From assembly GCF_018350175.1 (NCBI RefSeq), contig NC_058369.1, positions 2,296,001-2,360,000 on the forward strand: a stretch of 64,000 nucleotides of DNA. The letters are read 5' to 3'. The stretch's first letter is position 1, and each line of letters opens with the position of its first letter. This document shows, in pieces, positions 22,001 to 55,480 of the stretch. Source of the stretch: Felis catus (taxonomy: Eukaryota). A program made the translations under genes and the position numbers. Below the pieces are notes generated by a model. The model did no database searches. It worked only from the letters and a program-made list of their open reading frames with translations, and was not told the DNA's origin.

Positions 22001-25000
22001 AGACACTTTGGGTAATCCCAGTGCGGGGAGGGGGGGCAGCCTGCCCCGAGGACCCACACCCGCCACTCATCTGCTCTTGTCTTTGCCCAGTTCTCAGCCC
22101 ACCTGTGCCCTCCCTCGGCTCCCCTGAGGGCTCCCACGAGGGGAGCACAGAGCCAGGCACCGAGGCGGACGGGATGCTCTCCCGAGTGGCCCAGGTGAGG
22201 CCCCAGCCGGAGCGGTGGCCTCCGTCAAGGCTGGGAGGGCTGGGGCAGGAGCTGAGCATGACCCTGGTCCCGCCCACAGGAGCCTGCTGGGAGAGCCCGC
22301 CCTTTCCTGAAGCCCATGTAAGTATCTGTCACTCTCCTACCTGCACCTCTGTCCCTGGCAGGTAGAGGGGACCAGGGGTGTGGGTGTGTCCTCCCCTTCC
22401 CCACCACCGTATTACTGTCCTCAGTAACCAGAGCTGAGGGATCTGGGTGGAAAGGGGCAGCTCGGAGACCGTCAGGCCAGTATCACTGTCCCTCCCCACG
22501 TGACTAGCTCTGGCTTTGCAGAAAGGACTCCCATGGAAAGAGGGTGTTAGAGCTGGGTGCAGACAGTCCTGACCTTGTGGTCTGAGGCTGGGGGAGCCCA
22601 GCTGGGGACGAGAAGGCTACCTGGAGGGAAGGGGCGTAACGGTTAGGGTCTTGATGGATGAGTAGGAGTTTGCTAGGATGGGGCAAAGCATTCCAGGTGG
22701 AAGGGGGTGATGTTTGGTTCTAGGAGAGGGAGAGTACTTGAGGGGGCATGGGTAGCGCCGTGGGGGAAGCGAGGCCTGAGAACCCCAACGTCTGCAAAAG
22801 ACTGAAGCTCCTCGGGTTTGAGGGGTGGTCCCCTCCGGGCAGAGAGGCTCACCAGTAGGCTGGTGCCCCGGGGCTTCCCCTCCCAAGATGCTGGGACCCT
22901 GAGGACTTTGAGGACACGTGGAAGAGACCGGACGCCTTGCCCTGGCACTCCAAGAAGCGGGCCATCCCACACAGAATGGAGAAGGTGCGGACGCTGGAAC
23001 ACGGGGAGCCCGTGCTGGCCACCGCTGTCAGCAGCTTCGTGCGACACGCCTTCACCTGTGGCAGGGGTGGTGTCAAAGTGTGGAGCCTGGCCAGCCAGGT
23101 GGTAGAGGACAGGTATCCCGAGAGCCACCTGTGTGTACAGGTGAGGGAGGGGCTGGCTCTGGGGGCGGGGCCTGCGGGAGCCAGAAGAGCCGCGGAGGAC
23201 GAGGACGGTCCCCTGCATCTCTGCCCACCGCAGACCCGCCGGGCCTACCTGCGCACCTGCCTGCTGTCCTCGGACAGCACGACCCTGCTCGCGGGTGGCC
23301 ACAACCTGGCCGGCGTGGGCGTGTGGGACCTGACCGCGCCCTCCCTGCACGTGAGCGGTGAGCTGCCCTGCGCGGGCCTCACCTGCCAGGCCCTGGCCTC
23401 CAAGCCTGAGGACAGCCTGGCCTTGGCTGGTTTCACGGAGGGCACAGTCAGGATCTGGGACCTACGGGACCAGAGTGTCATCAGGTGAGGCCTGGGCGGG
23501 GGAGGGGCGTGGAGTCATCCTGAAACCCTGAGTAGGGATCCAGCAGCCCCAAAGCAGAGAAACCCCTGGACCGACCACTTAACGTTTGCATCTGAGAGCA
23601 TTGAAGGCCTGAGTTCAGACCTTGGCTGGGTTTCTTCAAAACCCAGTCCTGGCACTTTTGCCTGCCTCGGTTTCCCCATCTGTCACCCGGGTGTGGTTCG
23701 GTGGGGGAGGGGAATTCCTGGGGCTTAAGGCTCAGAGTCTCAGCCCTGACCCTCTCCCAATACCCCTTCTGGCCAGGGACCTGCCGGGCCACCCGAATGG
23801 GGCCAAGAGCATTGCTGTCAAAGACCAGAACGTCTGGACAGGGGGTCTGGACACCTGTCTGCGGTGCTGGGACCTGAGGGCTGCCAGAGAGCCTCAGGAG
23901 TACCAGTTTGAGTCTCAGGTGTGCAGGCTGGGAAGGGTCTGGTCGGCCAGGTAGTAGTAGCTGGGTCTCAGAACAGAGAAGGAGGTGGATGTCGGGGGAA
24001 GGGGGCCGGATGGGACCCCACATCTCAGTGGTGCTGGCGGGAATAGGGTCGTTAGAGATGTTCTCCCCCCTCCAGCCCCAAGAGCATCAGACATTTTCAT
24101 GTTGTTTCAGGTGCTCATAGCCCCCTTTAGTCTCCGCAGTCAGCCCTTAAGGTAGAGGGAACCGACCTGCTTTACAGATGAGCAGACTGAGGCCCACAGT
24201 GTGAAGTTGCTCATTAGGCCCTCGAAGCCGGGAGGCTGGCAGGAGGTCAGCCCCCAGGGTGGGTCCCTGTGCCCCTGTCCGCCTCTTGGGCCAGGCTGGG
24301 ACCTGACTAGCTTCTTCCCTGCCGCCTGCCCCCCAGATAATGAGCCTGTCCCCTAGTCCCCAGGAGGACTGGGTGCTGGTGGGCACAGCCAATGGCCAGC
24401 AGTGGCTGCAGCCCACCCGAGGGGGCCAGAAGCACATGGTGGGGTGTAAGGACGGCACCATCCTGGGTCTGAAGTTCTCCCCCCTCGGTGAGTGGCCAGG
24501 AAGGGGCAGGCAAGTCCCCTGTGGTCCCCAGACTCCCACAGGATCCTAGCCCGCCTTCCTGACCCCTCCTGACCCCCCAACACCCTTCATCAGCAGGAAC
24601 CACTCAGTGATGCTTTCCACAGAGGCAAGAGGGAGGTGGGGGGCCACCTCTGCGTCCCAGACCCCCAGGGGCCCTGCCCTCAGATGCCGATTTCCCCCAC
24701 AAACTGGTCCCTTCCGCCTCCTCCCAGGCCAGTGGTGGGTGAGCGTCGGGACGGACGACCTGGTTGGTGTCTATAGCATGCCCGCGGGGGCCGTGGAGCT
24801 CCAGGTACCCCGGGGGGGGGGGGGGGCAGCGTTCAGGTCTGGGAGCTGAACGCAGGGGTCCTGATGCAGAGGCCCCCCGAGGGACCAGGCTTGAACTGCC
24901 AGCAGAGGTGAGGGGCGGGGAGGGTGAGCCCCCTCAGCTCATGCTGGCCTTCTGCCTTCCAAGGTACCCGAGACCTCCTCCATCCTGTGCTGTGATGTGT

Positions 25001-25068
25001 CCCCCAACAACCGCCTGATTGTCACGGGGTCCAGGGACCACGCCTCTGTGTACCAGGTCACCTACTGA
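15992..25068 (+). CDS. TLE6: TLE family member 6, subcortical maternal complex WD40 protein; 16 coding exons, 1803 nt, 600 aa
   Basis: join(15992-16060,16577-16635,16991-17036,18036-18077,21061-21123,21217-21535,21644-21666,21951-22011,22091-22194,22280-22317,22888-23140,23234-23484,23777-23918,24337-24487,24728-24804,24964-25068). All introns are GT-AG and phases are consistent. Peptides MTSRDH.., [34 protein letters not shown] and ..HASVYQVTY* match TLE6. Confidence 0.93.
16577..16635 (+). CDS. TLE6: TLE6 coding exon 2 ([20 protein letters not shown])
   Basis: CCCCAG/ ... CCCAG/GTGAC. Confidence 0.85.
16991..17036 (+). CDS. TLE6: TLE6 coding exon 3 ([15 protein letters not shown])
   Basis: CTCAG/ ... 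GCG/GTGAG. Confidence 0.85.
18036..18077 (+). CDS. TLE6: TLE6 coding exon 4 ([14 protein letters not shown])
   Basis: TGCAG/ ... CAG/GTGAGT. Confidence 0.9.
20484..20708 (-). mobile_element. SINEC_Fc in a TLE6 intron
   Basis: Poly-T tail and canonical body. Confidence 0.88.
21061..21123 (+). CDS. TLE6: TLE6 coding exon 5 ([21 protein letters not shown])
   Basis: CTCCAG/ ... GAG/GTGGGT. Confidence 0.85.
21217..21535 (+). CDS. TLE6: TLE6 coding exon 6
   Basis: TTGTAG/ ... CAC/GTGAG; encodes [24 protein letters not shown]. Confidence 0.88.
21644..21666 (+). CDS. TLE6: TLE6 coding exon 7, 23-nt microexon (TEQAPGL)
   Basis: CCTAG/ ... CTG/GTGAGT; restores the phase and matches human QAPGL. Confidence 0.8.
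21951..22011 (+). CDS. TLE6: TLE6 coding exon 8 ([20 protein letters not shown])
   Basis: GGCAG/ ... TTGG/GTAAT; the acceptor is weak. Confidence 0.7.
22091..22194 (+). CDS. TLE6: TLE6 coding exon 9
   Basis: GCCCAG/ ... CAG/GTGAGG; encodes SPEGSHE..VAQ. Confidence 0.82.
22280..22317 (+). CDS. TLE6: TLE6 coding exon 10 ([13 protein letters not shown])
   Basis: CCACAG/ ... CAT/GTAAGT. Confidence 0.85.
22888..23140 (+). CDS. TLE6: TLE6 coding exon 11 (start of WD40 region)
   Basis: CCCAAG/ ... CAG/GTGAGG; encodes [20 protein letters not shown]. Confidence 0.92.
23234..23484 (+). CDS. TLE6: TLE6 coding exon 12 (WD40)
   Basis: CCGCAG/ ... CAG/GTGAGG; encodes [21 protein letters not shown]. Confidence 0.93.
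23777..23918 (+). CDS. TLE6: TLE6 coding exon 13 (WD40)
   Basis: GGCCAG/ ... CAG/GTGTGC; encodes [15 protein letters not shown]. Confidence 0.92.
24337..24487 (+). CDS. TLE6: TLE6 coding exon 14 (WD40)
   Basis: CCCCAG/ ... TCG/GTGAGT; encodes [16 protein letters not shown]. Confidence 0.92.
24728..24804 (+). CDS. TLE6: TLE6 coding exon 15
   Basis: TCCCAG/ ... CAG/GTACC; encodes [21 protein letters not shown]. Confidence 0.9.
24964..25068 (+). CDS. TLE6: TLE6 last coding exon
   Basis: TCCAAG/ then [34 protein letters not shown] and TGA. Confidence 0.93.
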   Translation, partial: VPETSSILCCDVSPNNRLIVTGSRDHASVYQVTY

Positions 25069-25227
25069 GGGGCTTGGTACCAGCTGTCCTGACTCGGGAT
25101 CCTTTTTTTTCTTTTTTTTTTTGTCCTTTTCCCCCAGCAAGGTGGAGGCATAATGGTGGAGGGGTGTGGTGGGCGAGCCGGGTCTCTTCCGCATTGCGCA
25201 ATGGGGCCGGCGATCTTTGTCACATGT

Positions 25228-25233
25228 AATAAA
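25228..25233 (+). terminator. TLE6: TLE6 polyadenylation signal AATAAA
   Basis: First AATAAA seen after the stop codon, about 160 nt downstream. Confidence 0.75.
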
Positions 25234-26505
25234 GCAATTGGAAATAGCAGAGGGTTCTGTGCGTCCCGCCCCCCCCCCCCCCGCCCCGACCCCGCTCGTC
25301 TTGCAGAGGTTTGGAAGGACCCAGCCTCAAGTCCAGGTTCGCTGAGAATCTCCTCAAAGCCACTGACCGCCCTGTTGGGAGTGGGGGTGGTCGTGGACCG
25401 CTTCTTCCTGTCCCCTCATCTCCCGGAGACGGGTCTCCCAGCCATTTGTGCCATCGAGGGGTGGGGTTCTCCGCCATTCCCAAGATGCCCTATTGCTTTA
25501 GATGGGTGCATCTCACCTGGGGGTGAACTTCACCCCCGGGGGGGGGGCACATGGCAAATCTGGACATTTCTGGTCGTTGTGACTGGGGGTGGGGGGCTAT
25601 GCCTGGCACCAAGTGGGTGGGGGCCGGGGATGCTGCTCAGCCCCACGGTGCCCAGGGCGCCCTCTCGAGAGTGATCGGGTCCCTTCCCCACCCACCCGGC
25701 ACCCCCCACCTCTGTCAGCCCTGTGAGGCAGGTGCAGAACACAGTAGTTCGCAGCAAAACAGCAGTGAGTCTCTGGCAGGCTTGTCCTCCCCCCATGGGG
25801 ACTCTGACCCCACCTGCTCGCCCTGTCCCCTCCAGCATAAGCACCCCCAATCGTGCCAAGAGGTCTGCTTTCCTTGGAGAATTGTCCTCTTCCCCAAAAA
25901 GCACCTCCAAAACTCCACGCGGGGACCCTGCCATCTCCCTCCAGAAGGTTCCCAGGGGCGTCTGGGCCTCCCACCCAGCCACCCACTCACCGTCCTCCAC
26001 AGCAGCCCCTAGGAGCTTCAGGAACACAGACGTGTCACGTCCCCGTCCCCGCTGGCCCACATTTCTAGGGGCTCTCTCTGCTTAAGCCTGGACTGGAGAC
26101 CTCGCTCCCCCTGTAGCCGAGGAGGAGCAGATTTCCCTCCATTTCCACCTGGCCAAGCGCCTTACCTCTGAGCCTTCGCACGTGCTGTTCCCTGTGTACC
26201 CACAGTCTTGCATGACCCTCCCAGCTGGTGGTTTCTCCTGTTAGCTCCCGGCTTACCATCACCTCCCCTGGGGTTCTGGTGTTTGCTTGGCAGCTTAGGC
26301 CAGGCCAGGTGTCATCGTGCACCAGGCTCTCAGGAATTATCGGTGGGTGGGTCTCAAAGGAAAACTGCACCCCAAAGAGCTCCGTTCTCCTCTATACTCC
26401 CCACCCTCTGTACATGGGCAGTGGCTTGGGATGATTGCGTCCGAAGGACTGGCAGTGAAAGAGATACAGGAAACTTTGGGGCCAGGGAACTGAAAAGCCA
26501 CGTGT

Positions 26506-26700
26506 GGGGCACCTGGGCGGCTGGGTCGGTTAAGCGTCTGCTCAGGTCATGATCTCGCGGTTCGGGAGTCTGAGCCCCGCGTCGGGCTCTGTGCCGACAG
26601 CTCAGAGCCTGGAGCTGCTTCCGATTCTGTGTGTCCCTCTCTCTCTGCCCCTCCTTCGCTCACACTCTGTCTCTCAAAAGTGCACGTTAAAACAAAAATG
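26506..26700 (+). mobile_element. SINEC between the TLE6 and TLE2 3' ends
   Basis: GGGGCACCTGGG head. TSD AAGCCACGTGTG at about 26495-26506 and 26720-26731. Confidence 0.82.
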
Positions 26701-27106
26701 CAGAGACATAACTAAATACAAGCCACGTGTGACTTCCTCTCCCCTGCCACGCTGGATCCTGCAGCTACACGTGACGGCAGAAACGGGCCCCGAGTGACTC
26801 CTCGCCGTCGAGCCCCGCAAACCACGTGGACACGAGCGGGAGGGAAACGTCCGCCGCGTTCAACCACTGAGGTCTGGTGGCTCCTTGTCACCCGGCACCA
26901 CGTAAGCCCTGCTGCTCGACAGCACTCCGACTCTCCCGGCCGCCCCTGCAGAATGCAGTCCTCCGGGGTCCGGAGGAGGAAAGGGAGGCGGAGGGACGGG
27001 ATGCCACTCGCCCTCGGCCGCACAGCCTTCCGCGGTAACAGCGCCCGAGAAAAGCAACAGCCCTGGTTCCCCAGCCCGGGACAGAAAGGTAGTTGCGAGA
27101 AGCACA

Positions 27107-27112
27107 TTTATT
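27107..27112 (-). terminator. TLE2: TLE2 polyadenylation signal AATAAA
   Basis: TTTATT on the + strand, about 185 nt past the TLE2 stop. Confidence 0.75.
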
Positions 27113-27295
27113 TCCCCGAAGTCCACCTGCCCGTCCAGCGCCGTGTCCGGCAGGGGAAGATGGCAGGGAGCCAGCCAGAGGGCAGACGAGGCTTGGCGCT
27201 CACGGGTATGAACGGAGACGGGGTGCCGGGCTCTCTGTCCTGGATGCCCCTCCCCCAGGAGCCAGGCCAGGGGCGCAGGAAGATGGGGGGGCTGC

Positions 27296-50940
<23,645 letters not shown>

Positions 50941-51480
50941 CCTGCCGGTCCGGAAGCCCCCCACCCACGCCGCCGCCGGAGCCCGACGATCCGGGGGCGC
51001 GAGGCGGCGGCGGGGTGGGGGGCGAGGCCGGGGGGGGGGTGCTGCCCGGAGAAAGGAGGAGGGGGCGCGGCGGCGCGGGGCAGGCCCCCCCTCCCCGGGC
51101 GCGCGCGGGGGACGGGGACGCGGAGGGGCGCGGGCCGGGCGGGGGGCGCGCGGGGCGGCGCGGAAGGTCGCGCGAGCCGCGGCCGGTGTCGGCGGAGGCG
51201 CGGGCGGCGGGCCCCGCGCGGAGCCGCCTCCCTCCGGCGGGGCTCGGCCGGGAGCCGCGGGCAGAGCCGCCTTAAGGTGGCGCCGCCGCCCCCGGCCCGC
51301 CCACCCGGCCCGCCCGCCGCGCCCCTGCCACCTCCGGGCTGCGGGCACCCCCCTCCCCCGGGAACCCACCCCTTCCCCCACCCCGGGCCGGCGACCCGTG
51401 GGGAAACTGAGGCTCGCGCCCAGTCCCCCTCCCCCTCCCGGAACGTCGTCCCCCCCCCCTCCCCGACGGCCCAAGCGAGA
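50941..51480 (-). promoter_or_regulatory. TLE2: TLE2 5' UTR and CpG-island promoter
   Basis: Very GC- and CpG-rich with GC boxes. A TTAAGG element at about 51272 is the only AT-rich word. Confidence 0.75.
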
Positions 51481-54022
51481 GACACACGCAAGGAAACCAA
51501 GAAACACCTGGGGGCCCACAGTGGGGAGCAGCGTGGCGGTCAGGGGACAGTTGGGGTCAGAAATGGCCTTTCTGAGGGAGTGGGCTAAGACTTAGGAGGC
51601 GGCCTGGCCCGGTGCTGGCGTCTCTCTGGGCCCCTCTCTGGGCCTCAGTGTTCCCACCTGTAAAATGGCAGACACAGGGGCTGCTTTTGCCCAGGCGGTA
51701 CATGAACAGCCCTCAGCCTGGCCTGGCACAGAGTAAAAACCCCCACAGGTGGGATTTGGTGTTTCCACTGCTACCTCCAGCAGACTGGGCTGTCTCCTCC
51801 CTCAGACTCAGCTCCCAGGGGACCGGCAGTTGAATCCCTGCCGTCAGACTCAGGTGTCTGAGGGCAGGGGCTGCACCTCCCACCACAGACCACAGACACC
51901 TGACACTCACCTGGGAGGGGGGACATTCTTATTCCCATCCTGCTTATGGAAAACCTCATGGTCTTTTGTTAAGTCGATCAACAAACACGTATCGACCACC
52001 TGTTGTGGACGGCACACTGCGCTGGGCACTGGGCACAGCAGAGAGCAAAACAGAGAGAAACCCTTGCTTTGTATCAATCCCTGCATCTGTGTCTGCAGGG
52101 GAGTGAGCAAATAGTGCCCCAAACCCTGTTAAACTTAAGAGCAGTGCCTTCCAGCCAACAGGTGTTTCTGGAACATCTATTACCTGCCAGGCACCCTTCC
52201 AGGTACCGGGAATATAAGGGAGAGCGGAGGAATACAGATTCCTGCCTTCTCTGAGCTCCGGGAACAAGACAAGACCACAGCTTGGTAATTATGGAATTAT
52301 TTGTGTGTACAAAGGAAGAGTTTGGGGAGCAGGTATGGAAATGAATGAGAGGGAACCTGCTTATCAGGGTGTCTGGGAGAGGCGTCTTTGAAGAAGTTTA
52401 CATTGGAGATGAGATTTGGAGGATGCGAGGGTGGGGAGAGGAACAGAGATCCTGAGGATAAGGATTTGAGTGTGTGTGTGTGTGTGTTGGAGTATTCAAT
52501 GGCTCCCTATTGTCCTCACAATAACACCCAAACTCCTCCCTCTTTCCAGGGACAGAGGGACGTTCAGGCCCTTCGCTGTTTTCCCAGCTGACCAGACTGG
52601 GGCCTGCCTCGGGGCTTTCGCACTTACCGTTCCCTCTGCCTGGAATGCTTCCCACCACTTAAGTCTCAGCTCGCTTGTCACCTCCTAAGAAGACCCCCTT
52701 CCAGCTGCCCATTCAAGTGGTGTTCACAAATGGCGTTCACGCCTCCCGTCTTGTGATCCTCCAACACTGTGCCCTGTTCTGGATCCTTCTGGGCCCCAGC
52801 ACGGTTTGTTTTGTTCTGTTTTGACAGGATCACGGTGAGGCTGTGTGGGGACAGAGCCTATCCCTTGCAGAGCCAGGCACACAGTAAGTGCTCAATAAAT
52901 GAATAGAACAGGCCGGGCAGTGCATCCAGAAACAGAAACAGAGCTTCCAGCTAAAGCCAGAGATCCGCTGGCCACACTCCTGCTGGGAACTTGTAACAAA
53001 CAAGAGTTCCGCCATCCTGCAGTGCCAGGAACTCCAGGTTCTGGGGGGTCTGTGAAGTCCTGTGTCCAAAACCTTTCCAGGAAGTGTCATGCCTCCCCTG
53101 GATGTCCCCCGGGGCGCTAGATGTAGCATTCCCTCCCCCTCCTCCCCCCCCCCCCCCCCCCCCGCCCCGCCTTGCCTCACCCTGCCAGGCCCCACAGTCC
53201 ATCCTGCTCCCCCAACACAGAGCTGCAACCCAGCCCCGGCTCTCCCCTCCGCCTACCACTCAATCCTATTCCCTCTCCCCACGGCACCCCCCTCCAGCCT
53301 CCTCACCCCTCCCATCTGAGCTCAAGCCACCTACCTCCCCCATGCGAGTGGATTTCACTCTTGTCACCTTTTGTGAGTCTGGCCCTCCCTCGCTTCAGAC
53401 CTTCTCATGGCTCCCCATTGCCCTCGGGACAAATCCCCAGGTCCTCAGGCTAGCATCAGATGCCCTGCACACACACACACACCCCCGCCCCCCACCCAGG
53501 TTTCACCTCCTGTCCACCGGTTCACACACTCTCTCTGTTCCAGCCACACCAGTCCCAGTACCTACTCTGTGTTCTCTCCCACCTCTGGGCTTTTGCTTGT
53601 GTTGTTACCTCTTCCTGGAATTCACTCCTGCTCCTTTTCTGCGTGGAGCAAATCCACGTCTTCCAGGCCCAGCCCCAAAGCATCTCTTGCAGGCAACCCC
53701 TCCATTACACACACTGAACTCAGGCTGTTCAGGGAGGGATTTGTTCTAGAACCCATCCTCCTAACGGAAGACGCTGGGGTCCTAGGGAGGGCCCGGGGGG
53801 GCAGGGGGTGGGGGGCAGAGTCAGGCACTCACTCCTGGGCCCACCTAGTTAGTGTCATGACAGAGGGAGCATCTGGAGGGACCAGGGCCTCTGCCTGGTG
53901 AGTCCAGAGGAGGCTTCCTGGAGGAGGGGACCTTTACCCACCAGGCTTTAGATGTTTCTACCAGGCACACGCCACAAGGGAGGGTAAATACAGATTTGTG
54001 GATTGTCTGAGAAGCCACAAGA

Positions 54023-54023
<1 letters not shown>

Positions 54024-54060
<37 letters not shown>
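54024..54060. repeat. (CA)n microsatellite, about 18 units
   Basis: Perfect CA run. Confidence 0.95.
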
Positions 54061-54063
<3 letters not shown>

Positions 54064-54589
54064 ATGGGGTATATGATCTGCCAGGAAGGAAGAGACATTC
54101 TGCTCTGAGCAGCAGCTGTGAGAATTTGGGAAGACTTAGCTGCGAGCAACCTGTGAGATGGGAGACCCCCGGGCAGCCCATGACTCCATAACTCGCTGAA
54201 ATGTCACATCCAGCCAGAGCAGGAGGCAGGGAAAGGACTCGCCAGGGGTGAGTTACAGTCTGGGCAGTCTAGCACAAGCTTCCCGCTACACCGAGAAGGC
54301 TGCGCCCAGCTAACTCTTGGGCCTTACAGGGCTTCTCGCCCCACCTCCCGAGGTCTCAGTTTCCCCATCTGCAGAATCCAGGGAGAAGCTGCAAAATGGG
54401 GGAAGGGACTTAGCTTCCGATCTCTCTCCTTCCACTTAGGAAAGCTCAGCCCCGGTTCCTGGCTGGGTTTTTATGATGTGGATTTTTTTTTTTTTTTTTT
54501 TTTTAAAGGAAAAAGCTGAGAAGCAGCGCTGGGACCCGGGATTGCTCAGACCACCTTAAATCAGCCTCGCCGCCTCAGCTACTGTGGAA

Positions 54590-55480
54590 ATTCCTTTCTC
54601 CGCGGTGGTTGGCTGGGTGTGCCAGCCAATCCTCCCGCGGCGCTCCCACATGGGTCCATGACATCACAATGGGCACTGGCCAATGGAAATCAAGAAACCC
54701 GCGACCAATGGCAGGAGGCCCTAGGATCGGCTGGGCCAATCGGAAGGCTGCCAGCGGGGTATGGAGCGTGCGGGTCGCCCCCACCCTTGGAGACGCTGAG
54801 AGCCTCGTGGACACCAGAGCTCACCAGGAGTGGGGGTTGGGGGGGATCCGGTCCGTTTAGTATCCGAAAATCCGGAGACGCCAGCCACCCCCTGAGCCTG
54901 GCGAGTCTCTCCTTAAAAGCAGGAGCCCCTCGTCCAACAAAGTGCCTTGAAAAAGCCCGGCCAGCTGGCGGGGCCGACTAGGCGCCTTTCGCCCTATTTC
55001 ACAGATGGGTAAACCGAGGCAGACTTCAGATCAAGCTGGACACCTCCCACCCCCAGTCCCCGGGAAGAACGGAGACTCTCAGCCGGGACTGGAGGCCCCT
55101 GGCACGACTCAGCTTTTGTTTCCAGGCCCCGCGGGGGGAGGATAAGCCTCCGTGTAGGCGGAGGGGAGGGACGTGCGCGTTTCCGTGCCTCAGTTTCCCT
55201 GAGCGCAAACGGGAGAGGAGGCGGCAGCGGGGTTCTCGGAAAGACTACGATCCCCAGAAGCTCCCGCGCGGCGCCCGCCCGGGCTGTCAATCAAAGTAAC
55301 GTGGGTCCCTCTCCCGGCCCGCGCTCCCCCGCCCGCCGCCTCTCTCCTGCCAGCTCCCGCTCCCTCCCCGCCGGCTCCGGGCCCGGCGCGGTATAATTAC
55401 AGCCCATTGATCCGACCCGGGCCGGGAAAGCGGCTCCCTCGGGGAGGCCAAGCCTTTGGCTTCCGACTTCGCCAACCTCT
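54590..55480. promoter_or_regulatory. Upstream regulatory region: CCAAT cluster plus CpG island
   Basis: CCAAT at 54626, 54680, 54705 and 54736; GACTACGATCCCCAGAAG at about 55243-55260; CTGTCAATCA at 55284-55293. Confidence 0.6.
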
